DNA of 64,000 bases. Origin: Verrucomicrobiota bacterium. Lineage in GTDB: Bacteria; Verrucomicrobiota; Verrucomicrobiia; Limisphaerales; CANJXF01. Made by a program: the position numbers and the translations under genes. Every line of letters starts with the position of its first letter. Position 1 is the first letter of the stretch. Below, in pieces: positions 44,885-55,022 of the stretch. The notes beneath the pieces are model-generated. The model saw nothing but the letters and a program-made list of their open reading frames with translations. It was not told where the DNA came from and did not search any database. The DNA is taken from contig JBBQRQ010000002.1 of assembly GCA_038214755.1 (NCBI GenBank), forward strand, positions 47,882 through 111,881, given 5' to 3'.

Positions 44885-45727
44885 TTATTCTGCCGGCGTT
44901 TCGCCAACTTGGAAACGCACAAAACTGCGAATGACGATGTCGTCGCCGAGTTGCTTGGTCACGGCGCCGATATGTTCCTTGACCGAAATTTCAGAATTCT
45001 TTTTCACGAAACCCTGATCGAGCAGGCAATTGGTCTGATAAAACTTTTCCAACTTGCCTTCGATAATTTTAGCGACGGCTTGCGGCGGTTTGCCTTTGAC
45101 TTGTTCCCCGGCGATTTCTTTTTCCTTCGCGATTACGACCGGATTCACGTCAGCGCGCGTGACCACGGAGGGATGAGCCGCCGCGATTTGCAACGTGATG
45201 TCGCGCACGAGTTGTTTGAATTCTTCGCTCGCCACCGTTTGCTCCTTCCCCGCGCCGACTTCCACCAGCACTCCCACTTTTGCGCCGGTGTGAATATAAG
45301 CGGCGACCAATCCGCTGCCAGTCACTTCAATGCGATGGAACCTGGAAATTTTTATGTTCTCGCCAATCTTCGCAATTTGCGCGGCGCGGTCGGCTTCCAA
45401 ATCCACCTGAGGATTGGCCGCGGTTTTTTTTGCCGCTTCATCGCAGAAGGCGCGGAAACTTTCGTTGCGCGCGACGAAATCCGTCTCGCAATTAATTTCA
45501 ACGAGCACGCCAACTTTTGCGCCGGGCTGGATGTGTTGAGCGATGACGCCTTCATGGGCGGCGCGGGTCGCTTTTTTCGCAGCGGAGGCCGCCCCGCGTT
45601 TCCGCAAGAGATCGACTGCGGTGTCCAGATCTCCTCGCGCTTCGGTCAGAGCTTTTTTGCAATCCATCAAACCGGCGTTGGTCATTTCGCGCAGCTTGCC
45701 CACTGATGCAGCAGTAATTTCAGTCAT
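44885..45727 (-). CDS. tsf: Translation elongation factor Ts
   Basis: VGKLREMTNAGLMDCKKALTEARGDLDTAVDLLRKRG N-terminal UBA-like motif. Confidence 0.92.
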   Translation of the reverse strand: MTEITAASVGKLREMTNAGLMDCKKALTEARGDLDTAVDLLRKRGAASAAKKATRAAHEGVIAQHIQPGAKVGVLVEINCETDFVARNESFRAFCDEAAKKTAANPQVDLEADRAAQIAKIGENIKISRFHRIEVTGSGLVAAYIHTGAKVGVLVEVGAGKEQTVASEEFKQLVRDITLQIAAAHPSVVTRADVNPVVIAKEKEIAGEQVKGKPPQAVAKIIEGKLEKFYQTNCLLDQGFVKKNSEISVKEHIGAVTKQLGDDIVIRSFVRFQVGETPAE

Positions 45728-45800
45728 AAAAATTTTGATCGGACGAAAATTGAAAAGCGGAATGCGCCGGAAAACTTTTCGGCATTCGCTGAAACTTTGG

Positions 45801-46604
45801 CTAAGCGGTCACGGGAGTTTCCACCGGAGCTTCCACTGTGGCGGGAGCCGGAGTCGCCGGCGTAGAGGCCGCGTCCTGAGCCGCGGCCGTTTCGGTTTTG
45901 CGACGAGCATGTTTGGAATCAAATTCCGCTTTCGCCTGAACAATCGTTTGCACGACCGTCGCCAAAATTACGCGCACGGAGCGAATCGCGTCGTCGTTGG
46001 CCGCAATGGGGTGATCAATTAAATCAGGATCACAATTGGTATCGACAATGGCGACGATGGGAATTTTCAAACGGCGCGCTTCGGCAATCGCGTTGTGTTC
46101 GCGCTTGATGTCCACGACAAACATCGCGGAAGGAAATTTGTCCATCACGCGAATGCCGTCCAAATTTTTGAAAAGGCGAACGGCTTCACGGCGGTAAACG
46201 GCCTGTTCCTGTTTGCCGTATTGATTGATGCTGCCGTCGGCTTCCATTTTCTCGATCTGTTTCATGCGAGCGATGGAGCGCTTGACCGTTTGAAAATTCG
46301 TCAGCGTGCCGCCCAGCCAGCGTTCGGTGATGTAAAGTTGTCCACAGCCTTTGGCGGATTCTTTGATCGCTTCCTGCGCCTGCTTTTTTGTGCCGACGAA
46401 CAAAATATTTCCGCCCTTGCTGATGGTCTGCTGCAAAAAATTGCAAGCCGCTTCGAGCTGCGAAAGAGTTTTACTGAGGTCGATGATGTGAATGCCGTTG
46501 CGGGCATCGAAAATGAAAGGCTTCATCTTCGGGTTCCAACGCTTTGTCTGGTGTCCGAAATGAACGCCCGCATCCAATAATTCTTTTACGCCAATACTGA
46601 TCAC
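45801..46604 (-). CDS. rpsB: 30S ribosomal protein S2
   Basis: LLDAGVHFGHQTKRWNPKM and FVVDIKREHNAIAEARRLKIPIVAIVDTNCDP. GTG start. Confidence 0.92.
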   Translation of the reverse strand: MISIGVKELLDAGVHFGHQTKRWNPKMKPFIFDARNGIHIIDLSKTLSQLEAACNFLQQTISKGGNILFVGTKKQAQEAIKESAKGCGQLYITERWLGGTLTNFQTVKRSIARMKQIEKMEADGSINQYGKQEQAVYRREAVRLFKNLDGIRVMDKFPSAMFVVDIKREHNAIAEARRLKIPIVAIVDTNCDPDLIDHPIAANDDAIRSVRVILATVVQTIVQAKAEFDSKHARRKTETAAAQDAASTPATPAPATVEAPVETPVTA

Positions 46605-46755
46605 AATTTTCCTTTGGTTAGAGACTCGGGAATTTTTCCCAAGCCATCCCGCGGAAGACGGGATTATTTTTGATGTTGTTGTGGCCGCCCGACTTCACAC
46701 GAAGACAGATTTGAAGGCCGTTTTCCTTTCCTCAACGTGGCAAACCGCGCTCTGA

Positions 46756-46809
46756 AAAGGGTGTGAAACTTACCAAGAAAAGAGACCGTAGCAACTTCTA
46801 TTTTCGACC
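46756..46809 (-). promoter_or_regulatory. Candidate sigma-70-type promoter module upstream of rpsB (conserved 54-nt block, copy 1)
   Basis: The minus strand reads cgaaaatagaag TTGCTA -16 nt- TAAGTT. The block is about 80% identical to 48137-48190. The -10 element is about 160 nt upstream of the rpsB start. Confidence 0.4.
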
Positions 46810-47094
46810 GGTCGCACGCCATTTATATATCAGGCAAAAAAAATCAGGATGACCCTGAAAATTTCGGCTCAAGAGCGGCTGGACTTTCTTTTGGGGGGCA
46901 ATTTGGTCACGCAAAAAATCGCGAATGTCATTCCCGTTTTGGCGTAGCATTCACCCCATCCGGAAAATCTGAAACCGGTGCTGCTTGGTTCCAAAATCCG
47001 GCAAATCTTTTTTCGTATAGATTGAATCTTTGGGAATAAGCCATCCGGAAATGACAATTTGCTATTTAGGGAATGCGGGTGTCATGTAAGTCTT

Positions 47095-47469
47095 ATGTCA
47101 GAAAAAAACAAAAAACGGTTCGGAGTTTGGATGGATACGCACCACGCGACCATCGTAGGCTGCAACCCCACCGCCACTGAGTTCAACGTCCTCGGTCATG
47201 CCAAGAATCCAGGTGCCGGAGCCAATTCGAACGAGAATGCCTCGAACAATCTCGAAATAACTTTGGTTCGAAAGTATTTCAAAGAGATCGGCCGCCATCT
47301 GGTGAACGCGGAGGAGGTTCACCTCACCGGCACTGGCACAATCCAAGAGCAATTCAAGCACTACCTTGCGGAAACCCCCCAGTTCAAAAGGACGGTCGTT
47401 TCCGAAAGCACCTCCAACCAAATGAGCGATGAAAAGCTGGTTGAGTTCGTAAATAGCCATTTCAACTAG
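47095..47469 (+). CDS. Hypothetical protein
   Basis: ATG at 47095 (MSEKNKKRFGVWMDTHHATIV...). The composition looks coding but no family is recognised with confidence. Confidence 0.5.
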   Translation: MSEKNKKRFGVWMDTHHATIVGCNPTATEFNVLGHAKNPGAGANSNENASNNLEITLVRKYFKEIGRHLVNAEEVHLTGTGTIQEQFKHYLAETPQFKRTVVSESTSNQMSDEKLVEFVNSHFN

Positions 47470-47768
47470 GAAGACGTCATCCAGTTTATGGCCTCAAAAC
47501 ACACCGCGCGACTCGCGTCATCGCGGTAAAATACGAGGCAGTTGCGAAATCCGTTCACGGGCAACATTCTCAGCTTTGGCAATGCCGAGTTGCGCGTGCG
47601 AAAAATCATTCCGCATTCGGGATACCGGGAAATCTGGTGAAAGGTTTCATCAATTGCGCCAAGAACCTGTTCGGCAGCGGCGGGATCATCTTTTGCAATA
47701 AAAACGTAAATTTCCGGAAGATCATCCTCGATGACGGAGGCATGCCGTTCGATTCGTTTGTCAGCCAC
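47466..47768 (-). CDS. parE: RelE/ParE-family toxin
   Basis: The GTG at 47768 overlaps the antitoxin stop by 8 nt. EDDLPEIYVFIAKDDPAAAEQVLGAIDETFHQISRYPECG...LRMLPVNGFRNCLVFYR. Confidence 0.7.
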   Translation of the reverse strand: MADKRIERHASVIEDDLPEIYVFIAKDDPAAAEQVLGAIDETFHQISRYPECGMIFRTRNSALPKLRMLPVNGFRNCLVFYRDDASRAVCFEAINWMTSS

Positions 47769-47991
47769 GTTCTTGAGAGGCCTTCCGGACGCGCTCTTTC
47801 CAATCGGGCTCGAGCGGGGAAAAGGGGCCTTTGCAACGTTCTTCCAAAACCATTTCGAGTTCGGTTTGTTCGCAATCCGCGCGCGCCAACGCGAGCAAGT
47901 ATTCTTCTTTCGAGCGAAAACCGCCCGCTTTGAAGCGGTTCTCGATTTGCGCATCCAGAGTGTCTGGCAATGAAACGGTGACGTTGCTCAT
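47761..47991 (-). CDS. parD: ParD/CopG-like antitoxin
   Basis: MSNVTVSLPDTLDAQIENRFKAGGFRSKEEYLLALAR is a ribbon-helix-helix-type N-terminus. It lies directly upstream of the toxin. Confidence 0.65.
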   Translation of the reverse strand: MSNVTVSLPDTLDAQIENRFKAGGFRSKEEYLLALARADCEQTELEMVLEERCKGPFSPLEPDWKERVRKASQERG

Positions 47992-48136
47992 ATTGAAAAA
48001 GTCTGTTTGAATTCTTCGATGACGTGCAGTGCGCTCACGGATTTAATTATGCACAAAGAATTCTTTCGGGCAAGCAACCGCATGGGGGTTGTAATTCAAC
48101 AATTCTGACGTTTGCGCGAAATCGCGGAAGACCCGT

Positions 48137-48190
48137 AAAGGGTTTGGAACTTACCAAAGAAAAAGTCCAGGGCAACTTCTATTTTCGCCC
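48137..48190 (-). promoter_or_regulatory. Candidate sigma-70-type promoter module upstream of parDE (conserved block, copy 2)
   Basis: The minus strand reads cgaaaatagaag TTGCCC -16 nt- TAAGTT. The -10 element is about 157 nt upstream of the parD ATG. Confidence 0.4.
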
Positions 48191-48307
48191 AAACGCACGT
48201 CGCAATTCGTGGCAAAAAAGGTTCAGTCTTTGCCAATAGGGGTGTAGTTGCGTTTTTTCTTCAGGCCTAGATTTAGATCAGCAAAACAATCTAAAAATTG
48301 TAAAACC

Positions 48308-48886
48308 ATGAAAACTTCCTTCAATGAATTGGAAACGTGTCTTGATGAAAAATCTCCACGGACACGGCCGTTGTTTAGAGTTTTAATTCTTTTTGAAGAC
48401 GAAGGCGTGAGTGACCGGGCGAAGCGGTTGCATGGCCATTTATTTCAAAATGTAAAAGACCATTGCCGCCTTGAGACATACCGTTGGGGAACGAAACAGC
48501 GTGGCGGAGTGGAGGAATTGGTCGAGACGATCACGATGGCGGACCTCATTATTGTCGCGGGGCGTGAGACATCGGAATTGCCAGAGGAGATTCAAACCGC
48601 GCTGAGAATTGGACTGGCGGAACGACGGCTGGAGAGCGGCGCACTCGTCGCGTTGCTGGGGAGAACAAATATCCGGGAACAAAATCCATCGGCGCTCCAT
48701 TTGTTTCTGCAAAAAGTTGCGCGAAAATCCGGGCTAAATTTCTTTCCCGGCGCGTTTGAGTTGCCACAGGACGATCACGCTTACGACATCGATTCCATTC
48801 ACGACCGAGCCGAGCGAATGACGCCGACGATGCACCGCATTCTGCACCGCAACATCACGCCTATTGGTTACGGAATTAACAAATAG
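48308..48886 (+). CDS. Hypothetical protein
   Basis: ATG at 48308. No recognised motifs. Confidence 0.5.
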   Translation: MKTSFNELETCLDEKSPRTRPLFRVLILFEDEGVSDRAKRLHGHLFQNVKDHCRLETYRWGTKQRGGVEELVETITMADLIIVAGRETSELPEEIQTALRIGLAERRLESGALVALLGRTNIREQNPSALHLFLQKVARKSGLNFFPGAFELPQDDHAYDIDSIHDRAERMTPTMHRILHRNITPIGYGINK

Positions 48887-48908
48887 AAACTCGCAACAAA
48901 ACAAATCT

Positions 48909-49208
48909 ATGAAAACTAAAAATATCTTTCTCACTCTTTCACTGGTGGCGTTTGTCGTCGGATTCAGCGACCCGGGCGAATCGGCCTTGTGGTCTGTGGG
49001 GCTTCCGGTCGGCGCGATCCTCTTTTGTCTCTTTATGATTTTCAATTTGTTAGAAAAAGAAACCGCGCTTTTGGACGATCAAAACCGCGAGGCTGCGGCC
49101 AAACGAAATCCTGCCAACGGAAAAGTTTTTTCTCCTGCTCTGGAGAAAAGCACGAAACCGGTTTATGGTTCCAGCGCCAGTGCCATTGGAAAACAAATTG
49201 CGATATGA
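48909..49208 (+). CDS. Small membrane protein
   Basis: ATG at 48909. Two TM helices (IFLTLSLVAFVVGF, VGLPVGAILFCLFMIFNLL). Confidence 0.45.
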   Translation: MKTKNIFLTLSLVAFVVGFSDPGESALWSVGLPVGAILFCLFMIFNLLEKETALLDDQNREAAAKRNPANGKVFSPALEKSTKPVYGSSASAIGKQIAI

Positions 49209-49241
49209 AGCAATAAAGGCTGATTCAGGCGAACATCTATT

Positions 49242-50531
49242 TTGAAACAATCAAAGCTTCAGCATTCCGCTACTTTTTATTTTTTGGTTGTATTGGTCTT
49301 TCTGTCTTTTAACGCACGGGCGGACGGCGATTTTCAGGGCGCGACGCATCTGGTGTCCTTCGACGAAGGCACTTTGAATTACAACAAACTGGTGCCTGAC
49401 GACCCGGTCACCCGTTTGCAACAAGCCATCGAAAAAGGCGAATCGAAACTCAACTACAATTCCGAACACGGTTTTTTGGATTCCGTCCTGAAAAAATTGG
49501 ACATTCCAAAATCGTCGCAAGTCCTTGTCTTCTCCAAAACTTCCTTCCAGCGCGACCGCATTTCGCCGCGAACGCCGCGCGCGCTCTATTTCAATGACGA
49601 CGTTTATATCGGTTTCATTCCCGGCGCACCGCTGATGGAAGTTTCCACGGCAGACCCGAAAATTGGCGGTGTTTTTTATACGCTCGATCAAAGCGGCGAC
49701 AACAAACCGAAATTCGCTCGCACCGATCAATGTCTTGAATGTCACGCGTCGGCCCGGAGCATGGGCGTGCCGGGCCATCTTTTACGCTCTTCGATGACCG
49801 ATGAATCGGGCGCGCCGGATTTGAGCAGCAGCATTTCTGACGTGAACCATCGCACGCCCATCGAGGATCGTTGGGGCGGCTGGTATGTGACTGGCAAAAG
49901 CGGCGAGCAAGCGCATCACGGCAATCTGATTGGTCAGGCCGATTTCAAGCGCGCGGAAAAAAATCCAAATTTCCTTGGCAACATTTCTGATTTGAGCCGC
50001 TTCTTTGATGTCACGCGTTATCCGGGAACGAACAGCGACATCGTCGCGCTGATGGTCTTGCAGCATCAGATTCACATGCACAATTTCATTACGCGTTTGA
50101 ATTACGAATCGACGGTGCAACTGGAGCGCTACGGGCACATCAATTACGTGACGAACATTGCGAATGCGTTTCTGAAATATCTGCTCTTTGTCGAAGAAGC
50201 GCCGATGAAAAGTTCGATGCGCGGCGACTCAACATTCACCGACGATTTCCAAAATCGCGGGCCGAAAGACAAACAAGGCCGTTCCCTTCGTGATTTTGAT
50301 TTGCAAACGCGCCTGTTCAAATATCCGTGCAGCTATTTGATTTATTCCAAGTCCTTCGACGCGCTTCCCGCGAAAATGAAAGATTATGTTTACCTGCGCC
50401 TCTGGGAAATTCTCACAGACAAAGATGATTCGCCCGACTTCGAGAAAATCGCACCGGGAACCCGACAGGCGATTTTGGAAATCATTTCCAGCACCAAACC
50501 CGGTCTGCCGGGTTATTGGAAAATGAAATAG
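49242..50531 (+). CDS. Secreted protein with a single CxxCH haem-c motif
   Basis: TTG start and a signal peptide. TDQCLECHASARS. No family assigned. Confidence 0.5.
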   Translation: MKQSKLQHSATFYFLVVLVFLSFNARADGDFQGATHLVSFDEGTLNYNKLVPDDPVTRLQQAIEKGESKLNYNSEHGFLDSVLKKLDIPKSSQVLVFSKTSFQRDRISPRTPRALYFNDDVYIGFIPGAPLMEVSTADPKIGGVFYTLDQSGDNKPKFARTDQCLECHASARSMGVPGHLLRSSMTDESGAPDLSSSISDVNHRTPIEDRWGGWYVTGKSGEQAHHGNLIGQADFKRAEKNPNFLGNISDLSRFFDVTRYPGTNSDIVALMVLQHQIHMHNFITRLNYESTVQLERYGHINYVTNIANAFLKYLLFVEEAPMKSSMRGDSTFTDDFQNRGPKDKQGRSLRDFDLQTRLFKYPCSYLIYSKSFDALPAKMKDYVYLRLWEILTDKDDSPDFEKIAPGTRQAILEIISSTKPGLPGYWKMK

Positions 50532-50537
50532 ATGGAT

Positions 50538-50933
50538 TTACGAAAACTCTAATCCTGCGGGGCGCAAGAGTCCCATCCTCAATTGAAATGTATCCGCAAT
50601 GCTCCGAGCAAAGTTCTTGGCCTCATCCGCTTTCGTTCCTGAGAAATTTTCATCCACGGTTTGGACAAACAGCGAAACCCACCGCGTAAAATGCTCTTTT
50701 TGCAGCGGCAACACGGCGTGTTTGGGAAAAGGCTGGCCCTTATAATTTTTCGTTTGGAAAAGAAGCGCGCTCCAAAAACTATAAAGCAAAGGCAGATGTT
50801 CATTCCAATCCACTTTGGCGACCTCGTTGAAAATGGGGGAAAGCGTCTCGTCCGCCTTCACTTTGTCGTAAAACAAATCTACGAGTTGCTTGATATCCTT
50901 TTCAGTTTGAATGTCCCTTTGCAAATCCATCAT
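50538..50933 (-). CDS. Truncated haemoglobin (group III-like globin)
   Basis: DIKQLVDLFYDKVKADETLSPIFN...WNEHLPLLYSFWSALLF...KGQPFPKHAVLPLQKEHFTRW. Confidence 0.6.
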   Translation of the reverse strand: MMDLQRDIQTEKDIKQLVDLFYDKVKADETLSPIFNEVAKVDWNEHLPLLYSFWSALLFQTKNYKGQPFPKHAVLPLQKEHFTRWVSLFVQTVDENFSGTKADEAKNFARSIADTFQLRMGLLRPAGLEFS

Positions 50934-51109
50934 TAAGGATACATCACCCGAGACCAGAACGAATAACAAACATCCTGCTGTTTTATAAGAAAACAACCCG
51001 TTCGGCTGCCGACAAAAAATGATGTGTATCGGACAAAATGTGTGAAGTTAGAGAAGCTCAAAGGGATGATCTATTATACGTCGGTACAAAACCAATTTAC
51101 TGAAGCGAT

Positions 51110-51619
51110 ATGAACACTGATTTAAAAAGACCGGATGAGGTCAGCCAGCTTGCCAGTAGTATTGCAGCGCATCCTTTTTTAAAAGGATTGAGCAGCCAAC
51201 ATTTGCAAGTGCTTTCGGACGCGGCGATGCTGAAGGACTTTGCGCCGGGCGAAATCATTTTTCGGGAAGGCGATCCAGCCAATCGTTTTTACCTCATCGA
51301 ATCCGGCAAAGTCATTCTGGAAACCTCTGGAAAAGACCGGGAACCGAGATTGATTCAAACCATCAGCGCCGGCGATGTTCTCGGTTGGTCGTGGCTTTAT
51401 CCGCCTTACTATTGGCATTTCAATGCGCGGACCACTGAACCCACGAAAGCGATTTTCTTTTACGGCACTCGTTTGCGTGAGAAATGCGAAGAGAATCACG
51501 ACCTCGGCTATGATCTCATGAAACGAATGGCGGGCATTGTGATCAATCGTTTGCAGGCGACCCGCCAAAAAATGTTGGAGACGCCAGAGAAAAAGGAAAA
51601 TCGTGAAAACAGACATTGA
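51110..51619 (+). CDS. Cyclic-nucleotide-binding domain protein
   Basis: FAPGEIIFREGDPANRFYLIESGKVILE...ISAGDVLGWSWL. No obvious HTH domain. Confidence 0.75.
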   Translation: MNTDLKRPDEVSQLASSIAAHPFLKGLSSQHLQVLSDAAMLKDFAPGEIIFREGDPANRFYLIESGKVILETSGKDREPRLIQTISAGDVLGWSWLYPPYYWHFNARTTEPTKAIFFYGTRLREKCEENHDLGYDLMKRMAGIVINRLQATRQKMLETPEKKENRENRH

Positions 51620-51672
51620 AAGCGGAGGCCTAGCGAAGTTGCTGTTTGCCGAATCAAGTAATCTCGTCGCTT

Positions 51673-53103
51673 TCAGAAATTAAGAGTCATCTGGAGATAA
51701 ACCCAATCGGCATCAGTCGCGCCACTGGTCGGCGATAAAGAATTTTTCACGTAATCGCCAACGAAGAAATGTCCATAACCCGCCTGTACGTTTGCTGCTT
51801 TGCATACGTTGTAAGTCGCAATCAAATCAACTTCTGAACCAACGTAACTGCCCGCGTTCGCCTTGATTCCGTAACCGCCCGTGCTGCGCGGCGCACCGCT
51901 GGCCTGATAAAATGAGTCGCTGGTGTTTGCCAGCCAGAACGCGTGGTAATCCGCAGTGAGCGTAAGATTTTTCAACGGTTTCAACGAACCGGTCACGCGC
52001 ACGTTGTGGATGTTTTGCCATGAAACGAAATCCATGTTGCCGTAAAATTTATGATTAGTCGGAAGTAAATTGTCGAAGGTTCCATGTTTGCCGTCGGTGG
52101 AATCGCTGTCGCCAGAAGCATAATTATATTCGAGTCCAGTGCGCGGTTTGCCGAAAGCATTGGTCCAGGTGTAACCGCCCGCCACATGCGCCGCGAACGC
52201 TTCGTGATCCAGTCGCTGACCCGTTCCCGATTTGAAATCACCCAACTGGCCTGCCAGTTCGGCGTCGTAATCCCACGAGCCAAATTCGCCGGGCAACGAT
52301 TTGACGCGTAGTCCAAGCGTGTAAATGTCGCGGGCTGAAGCGCCGGTCATAAACGCGGGCAATCCGGCACCGATAGCCGTGGGCGAATCAGGACTGACAT
52401 TTCGCGCGAGAAAATAAGTTTGCACTTCATTTTTCGGAACAATCGTTCTGCTCGATGCGTAAATTCCGGAAAAGAAATCGTAATCATTGGCTTCGTTAAA
52501 CTCGTCTGGATTCGTGAGAACGACGCGGCTGACAAAAGCATCAATCCAGAAATCCGAATTATCGTAGCGCAATTTCGCCGCATCGAACACGCGTCCGATG
52601 TTGCTCCAATCGAACGCGCCGATCAGTCGTTCGTCGCCATAACTCAATTCCTGCCGTCCGACTTTCAACGTGAGTGGAAATTCCTTCGCGTTGCCGAGCA
52701 GCAAATACCCCTGATGCAAATCGAGCGGATCCGTTTCGGGATGCGGTTTACGCTCGTCGCTCGCGGTTCGACTGTCACGAGCTTCCCCATAAACCGTCAG
52801 CCAATCCATTTTGTAACCGGCATGAAATTTTTCGCGGAACAAAAAATACGTGTTATCCGAATTACCGCCGCGACCCTGAAAATCAACCGTGCCTCTTCCG
52901 GGTGTGGCAAAATTTTCTTTGTGTTCCATGCGGACACGAAATTGGGCGCCTAAATCCCAGGGATCATACGCCGTCGATTGTTCACCGAGCCATTGGTTGA
53001 GCGGTGCATTGGTGTTTTTCGTTTGCGCCAATAATCCGGATTGGGCGAGAAACACCGAGAGGACGATGAAACAAATCACTTTCATGGTGTAATTGAACTG
53101 CAT
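51673..53103 (-). CDS. Outer-membrane beta-barrel (alginate-export-like porin)
   Basis: Signal peptide, alternating beta-strand pattern, terminal ...LQMTLNF. The family call is tentative. Confidence 0.5.
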   Translation of the reverse strand: MQFNYTMKVICFIVLSVFLAQSGLLAQTKNTNAPLNQWLGEQSTAYDPWDLGAQFRVRMEHKENFATPGRGTVDFQGRGGNSDNTYFLFREKFHAGYKMDWLTVYGEARDSRTASDERKPHPETDPLDLHQGYLLLGNAKEFPLTLKVGRQELSYGDERLIGAFDWSNIGRVFDAAKLRYDNSDFWIDAFVSRVVLTNPDEFNEANDYDFFSGIYASSRTIVPKNEVQTYFLARNVSPDSPTAIGAGLPAFMTGASARDIYTLGLRVKSLPGEFGSWDYDAELAGQLGDFKSGTGQRLDHEAFAAHVAGGYTWTNAFGKPRTGLEYNYASGDSDSTDGKHGTFDNLLPTNHKFYGNMDFVSWQNIHNVRVTGSLKPLKNLTLTADYHAFWLANTSDSFYQASGAPRSTGGYGIKANAGSYVGSEVDLIATYNVCKAANVQAGYGHFFVGDYVKNSLSPTSGATDADWVYLQMTLNF

Positions 53104-53188
53104 TCAAAGAAGACATCCAACCGTGTATTGTCGATCACTTCACATTTCTTGCTGTCGCGCGGTGCCGATTGGGAACTTCCCGCTTCGC

Positions 53189-53800
53189 TCAACGCTGTGG
53201 TTTAACCGAACCGGACGACTTACGTCCGGCGAAATTTTTCCAGTCAGGATTGAAATCACGTCCGCGACGTGAGGCCATTTCTCGTCCCACATCGGCAATT
53301 TGTTCTTCGTTCAAGACTTTTGCAGCAAGTGGGAAGATTTCCGTGTCCTCGATTTCGATGTGCCGCACGTAGGTTTGTTGCAGTTTGTTCAAGGTCTCGG
53401 TGAGCGCTGCGAGTTCATCCGGCGAAAGCGAATTCTCTTTCAGCCATTTCTGACCGAGTTGCTCCACAAATTCATGGCCGCGATTAGCAATTTCGTGGTC
53501 GGCTTCGAGCGCTTTGATTTTTTCCAACGCTCCTGAAAGTGAAGCGGGATCAAGCTCGCGCATTCGCGGAAAAAGCGATTCCTCCTCGTCGGCGGTGTGT
53601 TTCGGCGCGGCTTCGCGAAAATAACGGAGCGCCGTTTCCAAGCCTTCGCGTTGCTGTGAATTTAACGCGTCGCCTTGCGCTTGTTCGGCCACGAGAATCA
53701 AATCGCGCAAAAAACTCTCGATGCGACGATGGCAATCCGACAGCAATTCCAGCGGTTGCTGAAAAGTGGGCGAAGGTTTCTGTCCAATTTGAATGGCCAT
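53189..53800 (-). CDS. Hemerythrin-like domain protein
   Basis: Repeated H/E ligand contexts: DCHRRIE, HTADEEESLFP, HEIANRGH, HIEIEDTEIFP. Confidence 0.7.
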   Translation of the reverse strand: MAIQIGQKPSPTFQQPLELLSDCHRRIESFLRDLILVAEQAQGDALNSQQREGLETALRYFREAAPKHTADEEESLFPRMRELDPASLSGALEKIKALEADHEIANRGHEFVEQLGQKWLKENSLSPDELAALTETLNKLQQTYVRHIEIEDTEIFPLAAKVLNEEQIADVGREMASRRGRDFNPDWKNFAGRKSSGSVKPQR

Positions 53801-53813
53801 ATTTTAGTTTCGA

Positions 53814-55022
53814 TTAATCTTCCTTTTCCACAGTCAGAACTTTGGGAAGCACATAAACTGACCAGAGCAAAACGCCAGCGATCCAGAGAATTGCGCCGTA
53901 AATATAATGCGACTCCGTGAGCTTCGGCCAGAAGTCGCCGCTCATGCGTGTCGCCATGCCAAAGAGCATCATCCCGATCGCCACGAGCAGCCAGCGATTG
54001 CGGCCTTTCAGCAATTCGATGTTTCCGCTGTGGCCGAAGACGACGCGCGTCGCCACCACAAATGTAATGATCGCAAATCCGCCGACCAACGTGAGGTGAA
54101 GCAGGCTGACGCGATATGCCGGAAAAAATATAATCGCAAGAAATCCGGCGAGGACGCCGATGAACGCGATGCGAATGCAAATTCCCAAAGCGCTGCCGAC
54201 ATTGGGCGCGCGATGAAATGGCATTTCTAAAATTAAATAAATGAGGGTCGCGGCAAAACGAATTGCGCAGGCCGAACGGAGCCAGCCATTGGCTTCCATG
54301 CAAAAGGAAACGATGATGACCACAGCCGTCGTCAGCGCGAGCAGCGCCTTTTTCCGCCAATCTTTTGTCGGAACGAGCATCTCTGGAAAATCGTGTTGAT
54401 TCGGCATTCCGAAAAGACGCGGCAAAATAAACGGGCCGATGCCAAGAATTGGGAAGAGAACAAAACCTTGATACGAAAGCAGTCGTTGCAATGAAATCCA
54501 GAACAGGTCGATCTCTCGAAAATTTTGGATGAGCGAGAGAATTGTTCCCGACAAGACACAAAGAAACGCAACTCCCACCAGCACGAATCCGGGCGGCGGT
54601 GTGTCTTCGCGTTTCGTGGCTCGAACGGCCACACAGATGAAAAAGCCGATAAGCAACGTGAGAAACAAGACATCGCCCCAAAATATTTTTCCGGCAGCCA
54701 GCGAGAAAACCATTGCGAGATGCAGAGCGAGCAGCGGAAGGATTTCGATGAGGCGAAAGGGATTTGCGGAAAGCATTCGCGGCATGGCCGTACCGAGAAA
54801 TCCAAAAATGAAGCCACCGAACAAACCGCCTATCATGATTCGAGCATGAGTCTGGCCGGGATAAAATTGGGTAACGCCCCAGAAATAAAGCGGCCAGAGC
54901 GAAACGCCGATAATTCCGGCGAGAACTGCGGCAGGAAAGAAAATGCGAAATGGTTCTTTGCCGAAATCCTTCAGTGTAATTCGTTGTGAAGTTCTTAAGG
55001 GTTGAAAACTCAGCGGATTCAA
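53814..55022 (-). CDS. nnrS: NnrS-family haem/copper membrane protein
   Basis: PFRIFFPAAVLAGIIGVSLWPLYFWG and about 12 TM helices. The start is set at the TTG at 55022 (TTGA overlap with the upstream stop), because no ATG lies in the non-overlapping part. Confidence 0.6.
   Translation of the reverse strand: MNPLSFQPLRTSQRITLKDFGKEPFRIFFPAAVLAGIIGVSLWPLYFWGVTQFYPGQTHARIMIGGLFGGFIFGFLGTAMPRMLSANPFRLIEILPLLALHLAMVFSLAAGKIFWGDVLFLTLLIGFFICVAVRATKREDTPPPGFVLVGVAFLCVLSGTILSLIQNFREIDLFWISLQRLLSYQGFVLFPILGIGPFILPRLFGMPNQHDFPEMLVPTKDWRKKALLALTTAVVIIVSFCMEANGWLRSACAIRFAATLIYLILEMPFHRAPNVGSALGICIRIAFIGVLAGFLAIIFFPAYRVSLLHLTLVGGFAIITFVVATRVVFGHSGNIELLKGRNRWLLVAIGMMLFGMATRMSGDFWPKLTESHYIYGAILWIAGVLLWSVYVLPKVLTVEKED

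Noticed and set aside
46605-47094. Known structured RNA (rpsB leader, 6S, SRP, tmRNA) in the 490-nt rpsB upstream region
   Set aside because: Apart from a short hairpin (atcccgtcttccgcgggat) I could not recognise any family signature by eye. This needs an Rfam scan.
53698-54817. ORFs 53698..54681 (327 aa) and 54332..54817 (161 aa) on the minus strand
   Set aside because: They are alternative frames of the nnrS region. The nnrS frame gives a coherent multi-TM protein, and these are Arg/Cys-rich with no motifs.
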